Shown: positions 49,006 to 59,198 of the stretch, piece by piece
Layout of the letters: every line of letters starts with the position of its first letter
How positions within the stretch are numbered: the stretch's first letter is position 1
Source: Patescibacteria group bacterium
GTDB lineage: Bacteria; Patescibacteriota; JAHJAL01
Direction: 5' to 3'
Assembly: GCA_049322675.1 (NCBI GenBank)
Contig: JBMORM010000017.1
Span: 3,928 to 67,927, forward strand
Length of the DNA: 64,000 nt
Position numbers and translations under genes: made by a program
The notes under the pieces: generated by a model
Told to the model about the DNA's origin: nothing
The model's input: the letters and a program-made list of their open reading frames with translations, nothing else
Databases searched by the model: none

Positions 49006-50533
49006 TTGGATAAATAGTCGTTGGTTTTATCGCTTGTTGGAAATGGTACCTGGCACATTAAGCTGGAGTATGCTTTTGTTGCCGGCTGTTTTGTCGATTT
49101 TTGATCCGCATTTGGTAGCGATTTGGGTGATTTTGTTTGATATGTATTGGTTGTTTAAAGCGTTTGAGATTGCAGGCAGATTAGTTTTTGGTTATTTTCG
49201 AATGAATCGTGATTGGAAAGTTGATTATTTGGGAAAATTGAAAGAAATAAAAAAGTCAGATCAGATAGACCGACCAATGGATTGGCGGGACATTTATCAT
49301 GTAATTTTGCTGCCATCTTACAACGAAGGAGTGGAAATAATTCGTCCATCACTTGATTCTTATCTTGAGGCAAATTATCCAAAAGATAGAATAATTATTG
49401 TTTTGGCTTTGGAAGCGAGAGTGGGTGAAGAATTAAATAAGAGAGGGGACTTGTTGAAAGAGGAGTACAAGGACAAATTTGCTGATTTTTTGATTACAAT
49501 ACATCCTGATGGCTTGGTAGGTGAATTGAAGGGAAAGAGTGCTAATGCTACTTGGGCGGGACGGGAATTAAAAAAATATCTTGATGAAAAGGGAATACCT
49601 TATGATCAGGTGATAGTATCAAATTTTGATTGTGATACCAGAGTCCATCAACAATATTTTGCCAATTTGTCGTGCAAATATTTGCTAGCAGAAAGGCGGA
49701 CGAGAAAAAGTTATCAGCCGATTCCGATTTTTAATAATAATATTTGGGATGTTCCGTTTATAACTAGGACTATGGCGTTTTCTTCGTCGTTTTGGCAAAT
49801 AGTTGAGTCCACTCGTAGTTATCGGATGGTGAATTTTTCTTCTCAGGCAATGAGTATGAAAACCTTGGTTGATATTGATTTTTGGGATGTAAAAGTAGTG
49901 TCTGAGGATTCAAAACAGTATTATCGAGCGATGTTTAAATATGAAGGAGATCATGAGGTAATTCCCTTGTTGACACCAGTGTATATGGATGCAGTTTTGT
50001 CAGGCAGTTTATGGGAGACAATGAAGGCGCAATATTTGCAGAAAAGAAGATGGGCGTGGGGAATTGAACATTTTCCTTATATGGTGGTGGCGAGTTTGAA
50101 TGACAATAAGATTGGTTGGTGGAGAAAAATTGTTGAAACATCTCGGATTTTAGATGGTCATTTTTCTTGGGCGACCGGGAGTCTATTTGTTTTAACGGCT
50201 GCTTGGTTTCCTTTTTTGATGAATGGGAGATTTGTTGAGTCACCTTTATCTTTTTATTTACCTTTCTGGGCCAGTAGGTTGTTGACGATTTCGTGGCTTG
50301 GTTTGTTTATTTCGATGGGGATATCTTTTTTGATGTTGCCACCTAAACCGCCGAAATATGGCCATCTCAGTTATCTGGAGATGGTTTTAACATGGTTAGT
50401 TGTGCCGATAAATTCTTCAATATTTGGTTCTTTGCCGGCCTTGGATGCCCAGACGAGGTTGTTTTTGGGTAAATATTTAGGTTTTTATGTAACGGAAAAG
50501 AAAGTAAAAACATATATTTCTAGTGATAAATAA
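48998..50533 (+). CDS. Processive-type membrane GT2 (cellulose-synthase-like)
   Basis: PSYNE, DCD, SED and QKRRW motifs with flanking TMs. Confidence 0.88.
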   Translation: MSSWINSRWFYRLLEMVPGTLSWSMLLLPAVLSIFDPHLVAIWVILFDMYWLFKAFEIAGRLVFGYFRMNRDWKVDYLGKLKEIKKSDQIDRPMDWRDIYHVILLPSYNEGVEIIRPSLDSYLEANYPKDRIIIVLALEARVGEELNKRGDLLKEEYKDKFADFLITIHPDGLVGELKGKSANATWAGRELKKYLDEKGIPYDQVIVSNFDCDTRVHQQYFANLSCKYLLAERRTRKSYQPIPIFNNNIWDVPFITRTMAFSSSFWQIVESTRSYRMVNFSSQAMSMKTLVDIDFWDVKVVSEDSKQYYRAMFKYEGDHEVIPLLTPVYMDAVLSGSLWETMKAQYLQKRRWAWGIEHFPYMVVASLNDNKIGWWRKIVETSRILDGHFSWATGSLFVLTAAWFPFLMNGRFVESPLSFYLPFWASRLLTISWLGLFISMGISFLMLPPKPPKYGHLSYLEMVLTWLVVPINSSIFGSLPALDAQTRLFLGKYLGFYVTEKKVKTYISSDK

Positions 50534-50605
50534 TATGTTTGTGTTTTAATGTTATTTGATAATAATACTTGATACTTAGCATTTGATACTTGATAATTAA
50601 TGTAG

Positions 50606-50679
50606 CGGGGCGTAGCGTAATTGGCTATCGCGCTTGCTTTGGGAGCAAGAGGTTCCGGGTTCGAGTCCCGGCGCCCCGA
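50606..50679 (+). tRNA. tRNA-Pro(TGG)
   Basis: CGGGGCG/CGCCCCG; loop TT-TGG-GA. Confidence 0.95.
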
Positions 50680-50737
50680 CTTTTTAGATAGCAAAAAACA
50701 ACTGGAAATGAGTTGTTTTTTTTGTTGTCAAAAAGTA

Positions 50738-51952
50738 TTAAATATATTTTTTATTTTTTAGTTCTGGTGGAAGGTATTCTTGTTGAGAACTATTTTCTAG
50801 GGGGGTGTATTTGTAGCCTTGGCCGTAATTTAGTTTTTTCATGAGTTTGGTGGGAGCGTTGCGTAGGTGTAAGGGGACTGGCAAATTGCCGTGCGTAGTA
50901 ACATCTTTTTTTACGAGATTGTAAGCTTGATAAGCGAGAATGCTTTTGGGGGCGCGAGCGAGATAGATGATAGCTTGAGATAATGCAACATTGCATTCAG
51001 GCCAGCCAATATTTTTACAAGTCTCATAAACGGAATTTGTGAGAATGAGGGCAAAATTGTCTGCCAGACCGATATCTTCTGAGGCAAAACGGATAAGGCG
51101 CCGGCAGATATAAAGTGGGTCTTCGCCGCCTTCTAACATGCGAGCGAGCCAGTAGAGAGCCGCGTTGGGGTCGTTGCCGCGGAGAGATTTGTGAAGGGCG
51201 GAGATAATATTGTAGTGTTCTTCGCCATTTTTGTCGTAACGAAGGTTGGTTTTTTGTAGGATTTGAGTTACAAGTTGTGGGTTGATAATCTGATTTTGCC
51301 AGCTGCAAATTTCGAGAGTATTTATAGCCATTCGGGCGTCCCCATTACTTAATTTGGAAATGAGAGTGATTGCATCTTTTGTTATGGATAATTTAGAATT
51401 TTGTTGTTGAAGAGCGATAATGGCTTTTTCGAGAATTTGGTTGATATTGTCTGGGGTTAGCTCATGAAGAACTAAGACGCGCATGCGAGAGAGAAGAGCG
51501 TTGTTGAGAGAAAAGCTTGGATTTTCGGTGGTAGCGCCGATTAGGATGATAGTACCTTTTTCGACCCAAGGCAAAAGAGCATCTTGCTGGGCTTTATTCC
51601 AGCGGTGAATTTCGTCCAAAAATAAGATTGTTTTTGTCCCTAAGTTGTTGAGGGAATTAGCTTCGGCGATTATTTTTTTGAGATCCTCTTTGCCGCCTAC
51701 CACTCCTGATATTGACTTGAAATTGGCCTTAGTTTCATGAGCAATAATATTGGCTAGGGTGGTTTTGCCGCTGCCGGGTGGCCCCCAAAAGATCATGGAG
51801 CTGATTTGGTCTTCCTTGATCATTTTAGTCAAAAATTGGTTGGTAGAGACAAGTTCGTTTTGTCCCACAAACTCTGCTAGGGTTTTTGGTCGTAATTTTT
51901 CTGCTAGGGGGATAGGTTTGGGAGTATCTTGTCTGGACTTTTTTGGTGTCAT
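50738..51952 (-). CDS. rarA: Replication-associated recombination protein A
   Basis: [43 protein letters not shown]. Confidence 0.96.
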   Translation of the reverse strand: MTPKKSRQDTPKPIPLAEKLRPKTLAEFVGQNELVSTNQFLTKMIKEDQISSMIFWGPPGSGKTTLANIIAHETKANFKSISGVVGGKEDLKKIIAEANSLNNLGTKTILFLDEIHRWNKAQQDALLPWVEKGTIILIGATTENPSFSLNNALLSRMRVLVLHELTPDNINQILEKAIIALQQQNSKLSITKDAITLISKLSNGDARMAINTLEICSWQNQIINPQLVTQILQKTNLRYDKNGEEHYNIISALHKSLRGNDPNAALYWLARMLEGGEDPLYICRRLIRFASEDIGLADNFALILTNSVYETCKNIGWPECNVALSQAIIYLARAPKSILAYQAYNLVKKDVTTHGNLPVPLHLRNAPTKLMKKLNYGQGYKYTPLENSSQQEYLPPELKNKKYI

Positions 51953-52025
51953 TTTGTTATATTTAAAGAAATCATTATTTATTACTAATCTGCTTTATTA
52001 TAGCAGATTAGTTAATTGGTGACAG

Positions 52026-53057
52026 GTGATGACTATGAGTGAAAAAATTCTTCTTCCCAATAAATTGACCACAACGACAAAAATTAGTTTTATTCATACT
52101 TCTTCGCCGATAGAAAAACAGGATTTGAAAACATTTCAGAAGGTGACTCAACGAATAGCCGCTGAATATCCATATACAAAGATTTTTAATATTCATGAGG
52201 CAAAATGGAGCCCGACATATTTGTCCGGTTCGGAGAAGGAAAGGTTGGCCAATTTTCGTAAGGCGATTCAACAGGGACAATGGTTGTTGCCAGTGTATGG
52301 TGGAACTGGTTGCGAAGATATAATTCGTCATCTCAATGATCATGATTTGATGTATATTCGTAAAAATTTGCCGATTGTAAATGGGTTTAGCGATACTACT
52401 TTTTTGATAAATTATCTCTATTTTAAAATCAAGTTATTAACTTTTCATTATAAGAATGCCACGGGATTGTTTGAAACAGATAATTTTAAATTGTTTTTTG
52501 ACATTATTAAGGGCAAGAAAAAATCGATGTTGTTTTATGAGCCAGATTATTATTGGCTTTCGGAGCCGAAACCAAAATCAGTAGTGGAGGGGATTGCAAT
52601 TGGGGGGAATATAAGTACTTTTCGGGATTTGTTGGATATCTGTGAAATTAGACCGCGAAGTTGGGAACCATATATTTTATTTATGGAAGATATTGGTTTG
52701 GACATGGAAGATTTGCATCGTTTGATTATTGCTTTGGATGAGAGAGGAATTTTCAGGCACATTAAAGCGGTAGTGGTGGGAACGTTCAACAAGGAAATTT
52801 TTCAGGATAGTTTGTTTGATCGATTTCGTTGGTTTACTAAAAATAAAAAAACTGAGGATATTGATAATTTATTTGAATATATTTTGAGCGATGTAATAAA
52901 AAATCGGATTGAAAAGAATGATCCTTTGCATATTTTAAAAGTAAGTAATCTTGGACATGGAATCAACAAAAATCCGTTGATTATACCTATTGGAGCTCGA
53001 ACGACAATATATCCCAATGGCCATATTGAATTTCATGGTCCGTTTGTAAACGAATGA
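52026..53057 (+). CDS. Second, divergent S66 LD-carboxypeptidase
   Basis: GFSDTT, GGNI, FMED, LGHG. Confidence 0.85.
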   Translation: MMTMSEKILLPNKLTTTTKISFIHTSSPIEKQDLKTFQKVTQRIAAEYPYTKIFNIHEAKWSPTYLSGSEKERLANFRKAIQQGQWLLPVYGGTGCEDIIRHLNDHDLMYIRKNLPIVNGFSDTTFLINYLYFKIKLLTFHYKNATGLFETDNFKLFFDIIKGKKKSMLFYEPDYYWLSEPKPKSVVEGIAIGGNISTFRDLLDICEIRPRSWEPYILFMEDIGLDMEDLHRLIIALDERGIFRHIKAVVVGTFNKEIFQDSLFDRFRWFTKNKKTEDIDNLFEYILSDVIKNRIEKNDPLHILKVSNLGHGINKNPLIIPIGARTTIYPNGHIEFHGPFVNE

Positions 53058-53069
53058 AGGGGAATAATT

Positions 53070-53118
53070 TTTTTTCAAAAAAGAGGAATACCAGTTGGTT
53101 TTCCTCTTTTTTGAAAAA
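53070..53118. terminator. Bidirectional terminator
   Basis: tttttcaaaaaagaggaa...ttcctcttttttgaaaaa. Confidence 0.75.
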
Positions 53119-53119
53119 G

Positions 53120-53191
53120 TCGGGGACGGGGGAATCGAACCCCCTGTCTCTCGAACCCGAATCGAGCGCTCTACCGGTAAGCCAGTCCCCG
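53120..53191 (-). tRNA. tRNA-Pro(CGG)
   Basis: Reverse complement: CGGGGAC/GTCCCCG; loop TT-CGG-GT. Confidence 0.92.
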
Positions 53192-53197
53192 TAAAAA

Positions 53198-53268
53198 TGG
53201 ACCTAGGCAGAATTGAACTGCCGTTTCCGCAATGCGAATGCGGCGTATTACCCCTATACTATAGGCCC
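53198..53268 (-). tRNA. tRNA-Ala(CGC)
   Basis: Reverse complement: GGGCCTA/TAGGTCC (G3:U70); loop TT-CGC-AT. Confidence 0.92.
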
Positions 53269-53280
53269 GATTAATAAAAA

Positions 53281-53354
53281 TGGCCACTAGTGGGCTCGAA
53301 CCACTGGCCTCTACGATGTGAACGTAGCGCTCTAACCAGCTGAGCTAAGTGGCC
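53281..53354 (-). tRNA. tRNA-Val(CAC)
   Basis: Reverse complement: GGCCACT/AGTGGCC; loop TT-CAC-AT. Confidence 0.95.
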
Positions 53355-53359
53355 AAAAA

Positions 53360-53433
53360 CGCCCCGGGCAGGAATCGAACCTGCAACCTTCACCTTAGAA
53401 GGGTGCTGCTCTATCCAATTGAGCTACCGGGGC
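53360..53433 (-). tRNA. tRNA-Arg(TCT)
   Basis: Reverse complement: GCCCCGG/CCGGGGC; loop CT-TCT-AA. Confidence 0.95.
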
Positions 53434-53537
53434 AAGATACAGGATTGGATATGTTCTTTTGTTATTATAATATATCTTATCAGTGGGATGAAATGGGATT
53501 ATTAACAAAAGAGGGATATTTTTAGTTTTTGTATTAT

Positions 53538-54194
53538 TTATATCTTTCGATACAGTTTTTCTGTAACTTCAACATAATTATCACCTTGGCCAGCAAGGTA
53601 TTTTTGGGCGTTGTCGTATGTGGTCGTGTGTTCTCGACTTTCGGCTAATTGATAATATAATTCAGCTTCGGAAATATCTAAGTTGAGATAGTAGCTCATA
53701 CCGCTATTATCCGGTTCTCTTCTCAAGACAGAAAGATATGCTTTGCGGATTGTGGCTGGGTCGAGTTTCATATTTGTCTCCATGATTAAATTTAGATTGT
53801 ACCAATCGCCTGGACAGGTCGTGGCGGATACTTCTTTGTGACCGTATATGTTATTGATTGAAAATTTGGTTTGAAGATTGGAAATTGTTTGTTTGGCGGC
53901 GAGCAAAGCGGTTGGGGTAGGTTGGTGATGAGAAAAGTCCCCGATAAAACAGATAGCGATACTTTTGAGATTCAAATTATAAACACCGCAGTGATAGGTA
54001 TAACGATCTATCGGGATTGGATTTTTTATTTCTCCATCATAATAGATAAGATAGTGGTAATTACCTTTGTATTCTTTGTTATCAATATAGAATCCGGGCA
54101 CATAATCATGTTCCTCCACAGACACAGCCCAAATATTTTTGTCATATTCGTTGGTAACTGAGTGGTGAAGGACGATGGTGTCAATGTTTCTCAT
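53538..54194 (-). CDS. N-acetylmuramoyl-L-alanine amidase (Amidase_2) with DUF4214-like C-terminus
   Basis: IVLHHS, YHYLI, H...N..SIAIC..GDF, GHKE...TTCPG; AY..VL.REPD..G..YY. Confidence 0.85.
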   Translation of the reverse strand: MRNIDTIVLHHSVTNEYDKNIWAVSVEEHDYVPGFYIDNKEYKGNYHYLIYYDGEIKNPIPIDRYTYHCGVYNLNLKSIAICFIGDFSHHQPTPTALLAAKQTISNLQTKFSINNIYGHKEVSATTCPGDWYNLNLIMETNMKLDPATIRKAYLSVLRREPDNSGMSYYLNLDISEAELYYQLAESREHTTTYDNAQKYLAGQGDNYVEVTEKLYRKI

Positions 54195-54236
54195 GAGGTA
54201 ATTATAAAGTTTTTTAATTGATTTGACTATAAAAAA

Positions 54237-54261
54237 CGCCCCGAAGATATTTTTCGGGGCG
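54237..54261 (-). terminator. Intrinsic terminator
   Basis: cgccccgaa/ttcggggcg hairpin with A tract on its left (U tract on - strand). Confidence 0.7.
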
Positions 54262-54285
54262 AAAGAATAATGATTTAATTTCTTT

Positions 54286-56655
54286 TTAGTAGTCGTCGTC
54301 GAAAGTAATGTTGACGGTGTTGGAATAGGATACTATGTTACCGTTATTGTAAACTCCGATGCGATAATAATATAGTTGGTTGTCTTCGACGTTTCTGTCT
54401 GTGTAAGTGGTGGTATTTTCATCATTGATATATGTGTATGACTGGTTGGGGTAGGTGGGAGAACTGTCGGAAGTGGAACGAAGAATTTTGTAACTGTCCA
54501 TATCGTTGTTGTATTCATCCCATTCCAATTTTACCCCATTGGTATCGTTGACGGCAGTCAATTCAAAGTCATTGCCTTCGTCTTCGTCGTAGATAATACT
54601 AACTATATTGGAATAGGCTGTAACTTCACCGTCTTCATAAATACCAATACGGTAATAGTATCTTTGTCCGTCGGTGACGCTAGTGTCGGTGTAATTGGTA
54701 TTGTCGTAATCTTCGACATAATCGTAATAATCTTCATCGAAAGTGGGAGTAGAGTCGGTTTTGGAACGTAGGATTTTGTAACCGTCGATACTTTCATCGT
54801 AGTATTCATTCCAGGAAAGCTCGATAGCGTCTCCGACATTATTTGCTTCTAAGTCGATTTCATCATCGTTGTCGTTTTCATCTTCGTTGTAGGTAATGGA
54901 AAAAATGTCAGAATACAGGGTTATTTCGCCATCATAATATACAGCTAGACGATAATAATATTTTTGGCCGTCATCGACGTTGGTATCGGTATAACTAGTG
55001 GTGCTTGCATTGCTGATACTTGTATAAGATTGGTTAGGGTAAGTTGGGGTACTGTCGGAAGTTGAACGAAGAATTTTGTAACTGTCGAAATCGTCGTAAT
55101 ATTTGTCCCAGGTTAGTTTTATGCCGTTGCTGATATTGATAATGTCAAAATTTAGGTCACTGCTATCATTATCGTTGTTATTGTCTTCATCGTAAGTGAT
55201 TTGGACAATATTGGAATAGGCGATGATTTCGTTGTCTTCAAAAATTCCAATGCGGTAGTAGTATTTTTTTCCATCAGTAACGTTTTCGTCGATGTAGTCA
55301 GTTGAATAATATTCGTCGATGTAATCATAGTATTGCTCGTCGTAAGTTGGAGTGGAGTCGGTGGTTGATCGAAGAACGACATAGTAGATATCGTCATTAT
55401 CTTCGTATTGGTCCCAATTTAATTCAATTCCTTCTTCGGTGCTATCGGCTTCCAAATTGATATCTGCGTCATCTTCGTTGTCGTCATCGTCATTGTTGTA
55501 AGTGATAGTGATAATATCCGAGTATAGAGTTATCTCGTCGTCATAAGAAACAGCCAATCGGTAATAATATTTGGTATTGTCAACGACGTTTTTGTCAGTA
55601 TATTCAGTTGTGTAGTAGTTACTGATTGATTTGTAGGATTGAGATGGGTAGGTAGGAGTAGAATCGGTGGTGGATCGGAGAATTTCATAATAATCAAAAT
55701 CATCATTGTATTCATCCCAGCTAAGTTTAATACCATTGCTTGTATTATCGACGGCAAAGTTTAGTTCACTGGTGTCATCTTCGTTTTCATTTTGATTTGA
55801 TGTGGTGATGGTGATATACCAATAGGTGTTGTTGTCGTTTAGCCAAGTTAATCCCTCGGCAACTGGTCTAAAATATTCAGTGTAGGTGCCATTGTAGCTT
55901 GGAGTTTTGATGGTAAATTCAAAAGTTCCATATTCTCCCGGTTTAACGCTGGATTCAGTCATGCCGGCTGGTCGGTTTTGAGAAAGCCAGCTACTATGGT
56001 AGAATACTGAGTTTCTGTCTTGGGGGTGATCGGTAGCTAAGTGCATGGGATTACTTCCATAGTTGTACCAGGTGGCGGTGCCGGTATTTTTAAATTTTGC
56101 CCAAATTGTTTGAGTTTTTTGTTGGTTAAGAGTGATATTTTTCTCGCTTTGAGAGTATAGTTGACAGTTGTATGCAGTATTAGTTGAGTTGTTATTCACG
56201 TTGATTTTGATAAATACACCATTGTCTTCCATCCAGGTTAAATTTTCTGCTACTGGACGGAAATACTCATTGTATTGTCCGGTTTGGGAAGGGGCTTTGA
56301 TTTCAAAAGTAAAGGTTCCAATTTGGCCAGGACTGACGGAAGCTTCGGACAAGGTGGCGGGGCGGTTGGTGGATAGCCAAGAACCCGTGTAGAAGCTTGA
56401 AGAACGGTCAAGAGGTGCCGATGTTCCCAGATGGATTGGATAGTTACCATTGTTGTACCAAGTTGAATTGCCGGTATTTTTAAATTTTACCCAGATAGTG
56501 GCAGTTTCGTTTGTTTTTAAATCCAGGTATGCACTTTGGGAGTTCCAACTGGAATGATATTCACCGGGATTGGCGCTTGCCTGTGCTAGAGTCATTCCCA
56601 AGGGTGATATCAGAAAAGAAAGAATTGAGATGATTGTCAAAATGTTTTTTTTCAT
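54286..56655 (-). CDS. Secreted surface protein: two NBR1-Ig-like repeats plus five acidic FN3-like repeats
   Basis: Signal peptide; 5x GI.L.WD.Y...Y.ILRST.DS.PTY...YTD.NV.D..KYYYR. Confidence 0.85.
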   Translation of the reverse strand: MKKNILTIISILSFLISPLGMTLAQASANPGEYHSSWNSQSAYLDLKTNETATIWVKFKNTGNSTWYNNGNYPIHLGTSAPLDRSSSFYTGSWLSTNRPATLSEASVSPGQIGTFTFEIKAPSQTGQYNEYFRPVAENLTWMEDNGVFIKINVNNNSTNTAYNCQLYSQSEKNITLNQQKTQTIWAKFKNTGTATWYNYGSNPMHLATDHPQDRNSVFYHSSWLSQNRPAGMTESSVKPGEYGTFEFTIKTPSYNGTYTEYFRPVAEGLTWLNDNNTYWYITITTSNQNENEDDTSELNFAVDNTSNGIKLSWDEYNDDFDYYEILRSTTDSTPTYPSQSYKSISNYYTTEYTDKNVVDNTKYYYRLAVSYDDEITLYSDIITITYNNDDDDNEDDADINLEADSTEEGIELNWDQYEDNDDIYYVVLRSTTDSTPTYDEQYYDYIDEYYSTDYIDENVTDGKKYYYRIGIFEDNEIIAYSNIVQITYDEDNNNDNDSSDLNFDIINISNGIKLTWDKYYDDFDSYKILRSTSDSTPTYPNQSYTSISNASTTSYTDTNVDDGQKYYYRLAVYYDGEITLYSDIFSITYNEDENDNDDEIDLEANNVGDAIELSWNEYYDESIDGYKILRSKTDSTPTFDEDYYDYVEDYDNTNYTDTSVTDGQRYYYRIGIYEDGEVTAYSNIVSIIYDEDEGNDFELTAVNDTNGVKLEWDEYNNDMDSYKILRSTSDSSPTYPNQSYTYINDENTTTYTDRNVEDNQLYYYRIGVYNNGNIVSYSNTVNITFDDDY

Positions 56656-56758
56656 CTTGTTGGGTTAAAAATCGCGATATATAAAATGATATTTATATTT
56701 TTAGATTAATAGAAATTATCTGTTTGTTAAAGTGCGTTTTTTGGCTCTGTAAGGGTTG

Positions 56759-57664
56759 TTATTTGATCCAACGACGAATTACAAATCTTTTGGAGTTGAT
56801 TTTGTTTGGATCTTGATAATCATTTACCGGGATTTTCTCGTTCATCAATTCAGTGAATACTTCAACAATAGGTCGGCGGCGAACTCCACCCTGCATACCT
56901 TCAGTTGTTTTGTCATAGTCAAGTCTACTTTCGATAATCTCTTGATTGTTAAGAACGATAATAACATGTCCGTCCCAAACAATTAGGTCCAGGGGTTGGA
57001 GATTGGCGATAATATCCGCTTGATTTTTGTTTTCGATTTCGACGGGATTACCAAAATTTAATAATAAACTGGTGTTGCGGGGCGTATAGCCGTTGGTGGC
57101 TTGATAGAGGAGTCCTGAGCAATCTACTCCTTGCAGAGTCCACTGATTAGCGAGAGTATTATCCAGTTCATGTTGGGGTGGATACCAAGTGAGTAGTTCA
57201 GGAATGCCTGGAAAATAATTTCCACCCCAAGTATATTCCTGTCCTTCGGCGGCTTTGAGATTAGAAATTATTTGATCAGTTGTGGGCAGATTTATTTCCC
57301 TTTGAGGGGGTTTTTCCGTGCTTGTTTTTACAAATCGACTATCGATGTAATATCCTTTTTCTGTTTCGTATGGGTATTCCGGGGTGGTTACTTGGTAAAT
57401 TGTAATTTTCTGATCGGCATGAATAGTGTCAATAATGTTAAAGACGGTGCCGGGTAGTGCAATAAATTCAAGTTCGTCAATTTCTCCGTATTCATCCAGT
57501 TTCAGATTTGATCCATCTTGTCCGCCAAAGACATTGGTAAAATCTGGGGTATATAAAACGGGGGTGGGGAGTTGGGCGGTAGCAAATAATTTCTTTTCAT
57601 TTGAAAAGGTGTTGCAACCGATTAAAAATGTCAGGGAAATGCATAGTAGTAAGATTTTTTTCAT
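56759..57664 (-). CDS. NlpC/P60-family lipoprotein (peptidoglycan endopeptidase)
   Basis: LIGC lipobox; YTWGG, GVDCSG, PRN, GHV. Confidence 0.85.
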   Translation of the reverse strand: MKKILLLCISLTFLIGCNTFSNEKKLFATAQLPTPVLYTPDFTNVFGGQDGSNLKLDEYGEIDELEFIALPGTVFNIIDTIHADQKITIYQVTTPEYPYETEKGYYIDSRFVKTSTEKPPQREINLPTTDQIISNLKAAEGQEYTWGGNYFPGIPELLTWYPPQHELDNTLANQWTLQGVDCSGLLYQATNGYTPRNTSLLLNFGNPVEIENKNQADIIANLQPLDLIVWDGHVIIVLNNQEIIESRLDYDKTTEGMQGGVRRRPIVEVFTELMNEKIPVNDYQDPNKINSKRFVIRRWIK

Positions 57665-57819
57665 TAATGTTTTTTTGTTCAAATATGAATATTCGTTTAT
57701 ATTTTATCAGGAATTGGGCCTGAGATTCCATTGTTTGTAGTGTGTTGATGATTATTGTTTCTATAATTGTTTTTTTGTTAGCATAAAAAAACAAGATATT
57801 AATCTTGTTTGATAAAAAG

Positions 57820-57894
57820 GGTGGCCAATGGGAATCGAACCCACAACCTCCAGTGCCACAAACTGGCGCTCTAACCAATTGAGCTATGGCCACC
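57820..57894 (-). tRNA. tRNA-His(GTG)
   Basis: Reverse complement: G-1 + GTGGCCA/TGGCCAC-C; loop TT-GTG-GC. Confidence 0.95.
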
Positions 57895-57900
57895 ATGTTT

Positions 57901-58290
57901 TTATTTGTCGGATAGGTTTTTGAAGTGGTTTTCGAAAACCTTTTGGCATTCTTTTTTTAGCCAAATTTTATTGTTTTCTTTTATGTGATAGACGTATATG
58001 AAATAATATAGTTTGGAAAGGAGTGATTTGTATTGTGCTATCTGACAGGTTATTTCGTGGTTTTGAATGGTCTCGCATTTTTTTAGGATTTTCTCGCAAA
58101 GACAAAGAGCTTCTTGCTGATCGTTTTCAGAATTTGATGCAAGAAAATCGTTGACTATATTTGTGGTGTCTTCGATTTCTTGTTTGATGTCAAGACATTT
58201 TGACTCTTGGGGACAGGGGACAAATATCAATTTTTCTCCTTCTTTTTTGTAGTAACAACTTGGCTCGCGTAGAGAATTTTCGATATTCAT
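57901..58290 (-). CDS. Hypothetical Cys-containing protein between two tRNAs
   Basis: 129-aa ORF, no recognisable motif. Confidence 0.5.
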   Translation of the reverse strand: MNIENSLREPSCYYKKEGEKLIFVPCPQESKCLDIKQEIEDTTNIVNDFLASNSENDQQEALCLCEKILKKCETIQNHEITCQIAQYKSLLSKLYYFIYVYHIKENNKIWLKKECQKVFENHFKNLSDK

Positions 58291-58313
58291 AATATGATGT
58301 AGATGTTAAAAAA

Positions 58314-58385
58314 AGCGGGCAACGGGAATCGAACCCGTATCTTCACCTTGGAAGAGTGACATAATAGCCTTTATACGATGCCCGC
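58314..58385 (-). tRNA. tRNA-Gly(TCC)
   Basis: Reverse complement: GCGGGCA/TGCCCGC; loop CT-TCC-AA. Confidence 0.93.
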
Positions 58386-58477
58386 AAAAAAGCCAATTTC
58401 ACAATAAGATTATAGCAAGTTAATCAATTATTTTCAAAGCCGAAAAAAAAGAGTATTATTTTAGATGAAGAGACTGT

Positions 58478-59062
58478 GTGCTATGCTTTTTTCCCGATTA
58501 TGTGTTATATTTAATACTAGTAGAAAGGATTTTCAAAAAGAGTATGGAGCAAAATATGAAGAAAACGAACAAAGGATTTGTCATCCATGTTGAGGGTGAA
58601 GGATCTGATGAGATGTTAAATAAATTGATTTCATTGAAGAGACATTGGAATTGGGCTGATAAATTGAAAGATCAATATTATTTGTATCATAGCCAGGAAG
58701 AGAGAAATATTGGTTTGAAAAAAGCCGATTTGTTTAGACGTGATTCGGCTATGTTTTTAATTTTATATTTTTCGGTAGTAAGTCAGATATTAAAGTCGTT
58801 TGAAGAAGAACCAAAAATTACTATGTCGGTTGAATTGAAGGATTTGAAAGAAAAATTATCATTTAATATGCCGAAGGTTGGTGATGCTTTTTGTTTTCCT
58901 GGTCGTCGGATTTTTAATGAAAAGATGATTGAAGAGTTATTAAAAGAATTCAACATCAACTCGGTGAATATGCTGCATGTAAGTATTGGATATTTTTTGG
59001 ATAAGAAGATTCAGGAGTTGCGCAATAAAGACTTTTTTCCGTACGCGATGAATAAGATGTAG
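58478..59062 (+). CDS. Hypothetical protein (true start probably further downstream)
   Basis: Open frame followed by a terminator hairpin at about 59086-59112. Confidence 0.55.
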   Translation: MLCFFPDYVLYLILVERIFKKSMEQNMKKTNKGFVIHVEGEGSDEMLNKLISLKRHWNWADKLKDQYYLYHSQEERNIGLKKADLFRRDSAMFLILYFSVVSQILKSFEEEPKITMSVELKDLKEKLSFNMPKVGDAFCFPGRRIFNEKMIEELLKEFNINSVNMLHVSIGYFLDKKIQELRNKDFFPYAMNKM

Positions 59063-59198
59063 ATTTTGAAAAGTTAAAGCATTATAAGCCCGAGTTTATC
59101 TCGGGTTTTTTTCTGTCTGGATTCTCTTGTAAATATTAAAATGATATGTTATAATATTAGGATTTTAGAAAAACAGGGGAAAGTATGAATCAGAGAGA

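Noticed and set aside
53538-54194. Amidase beside a tRNA cluster as a prophage remnant
   Set aside because: No holin, structural or integrase genes nearby.
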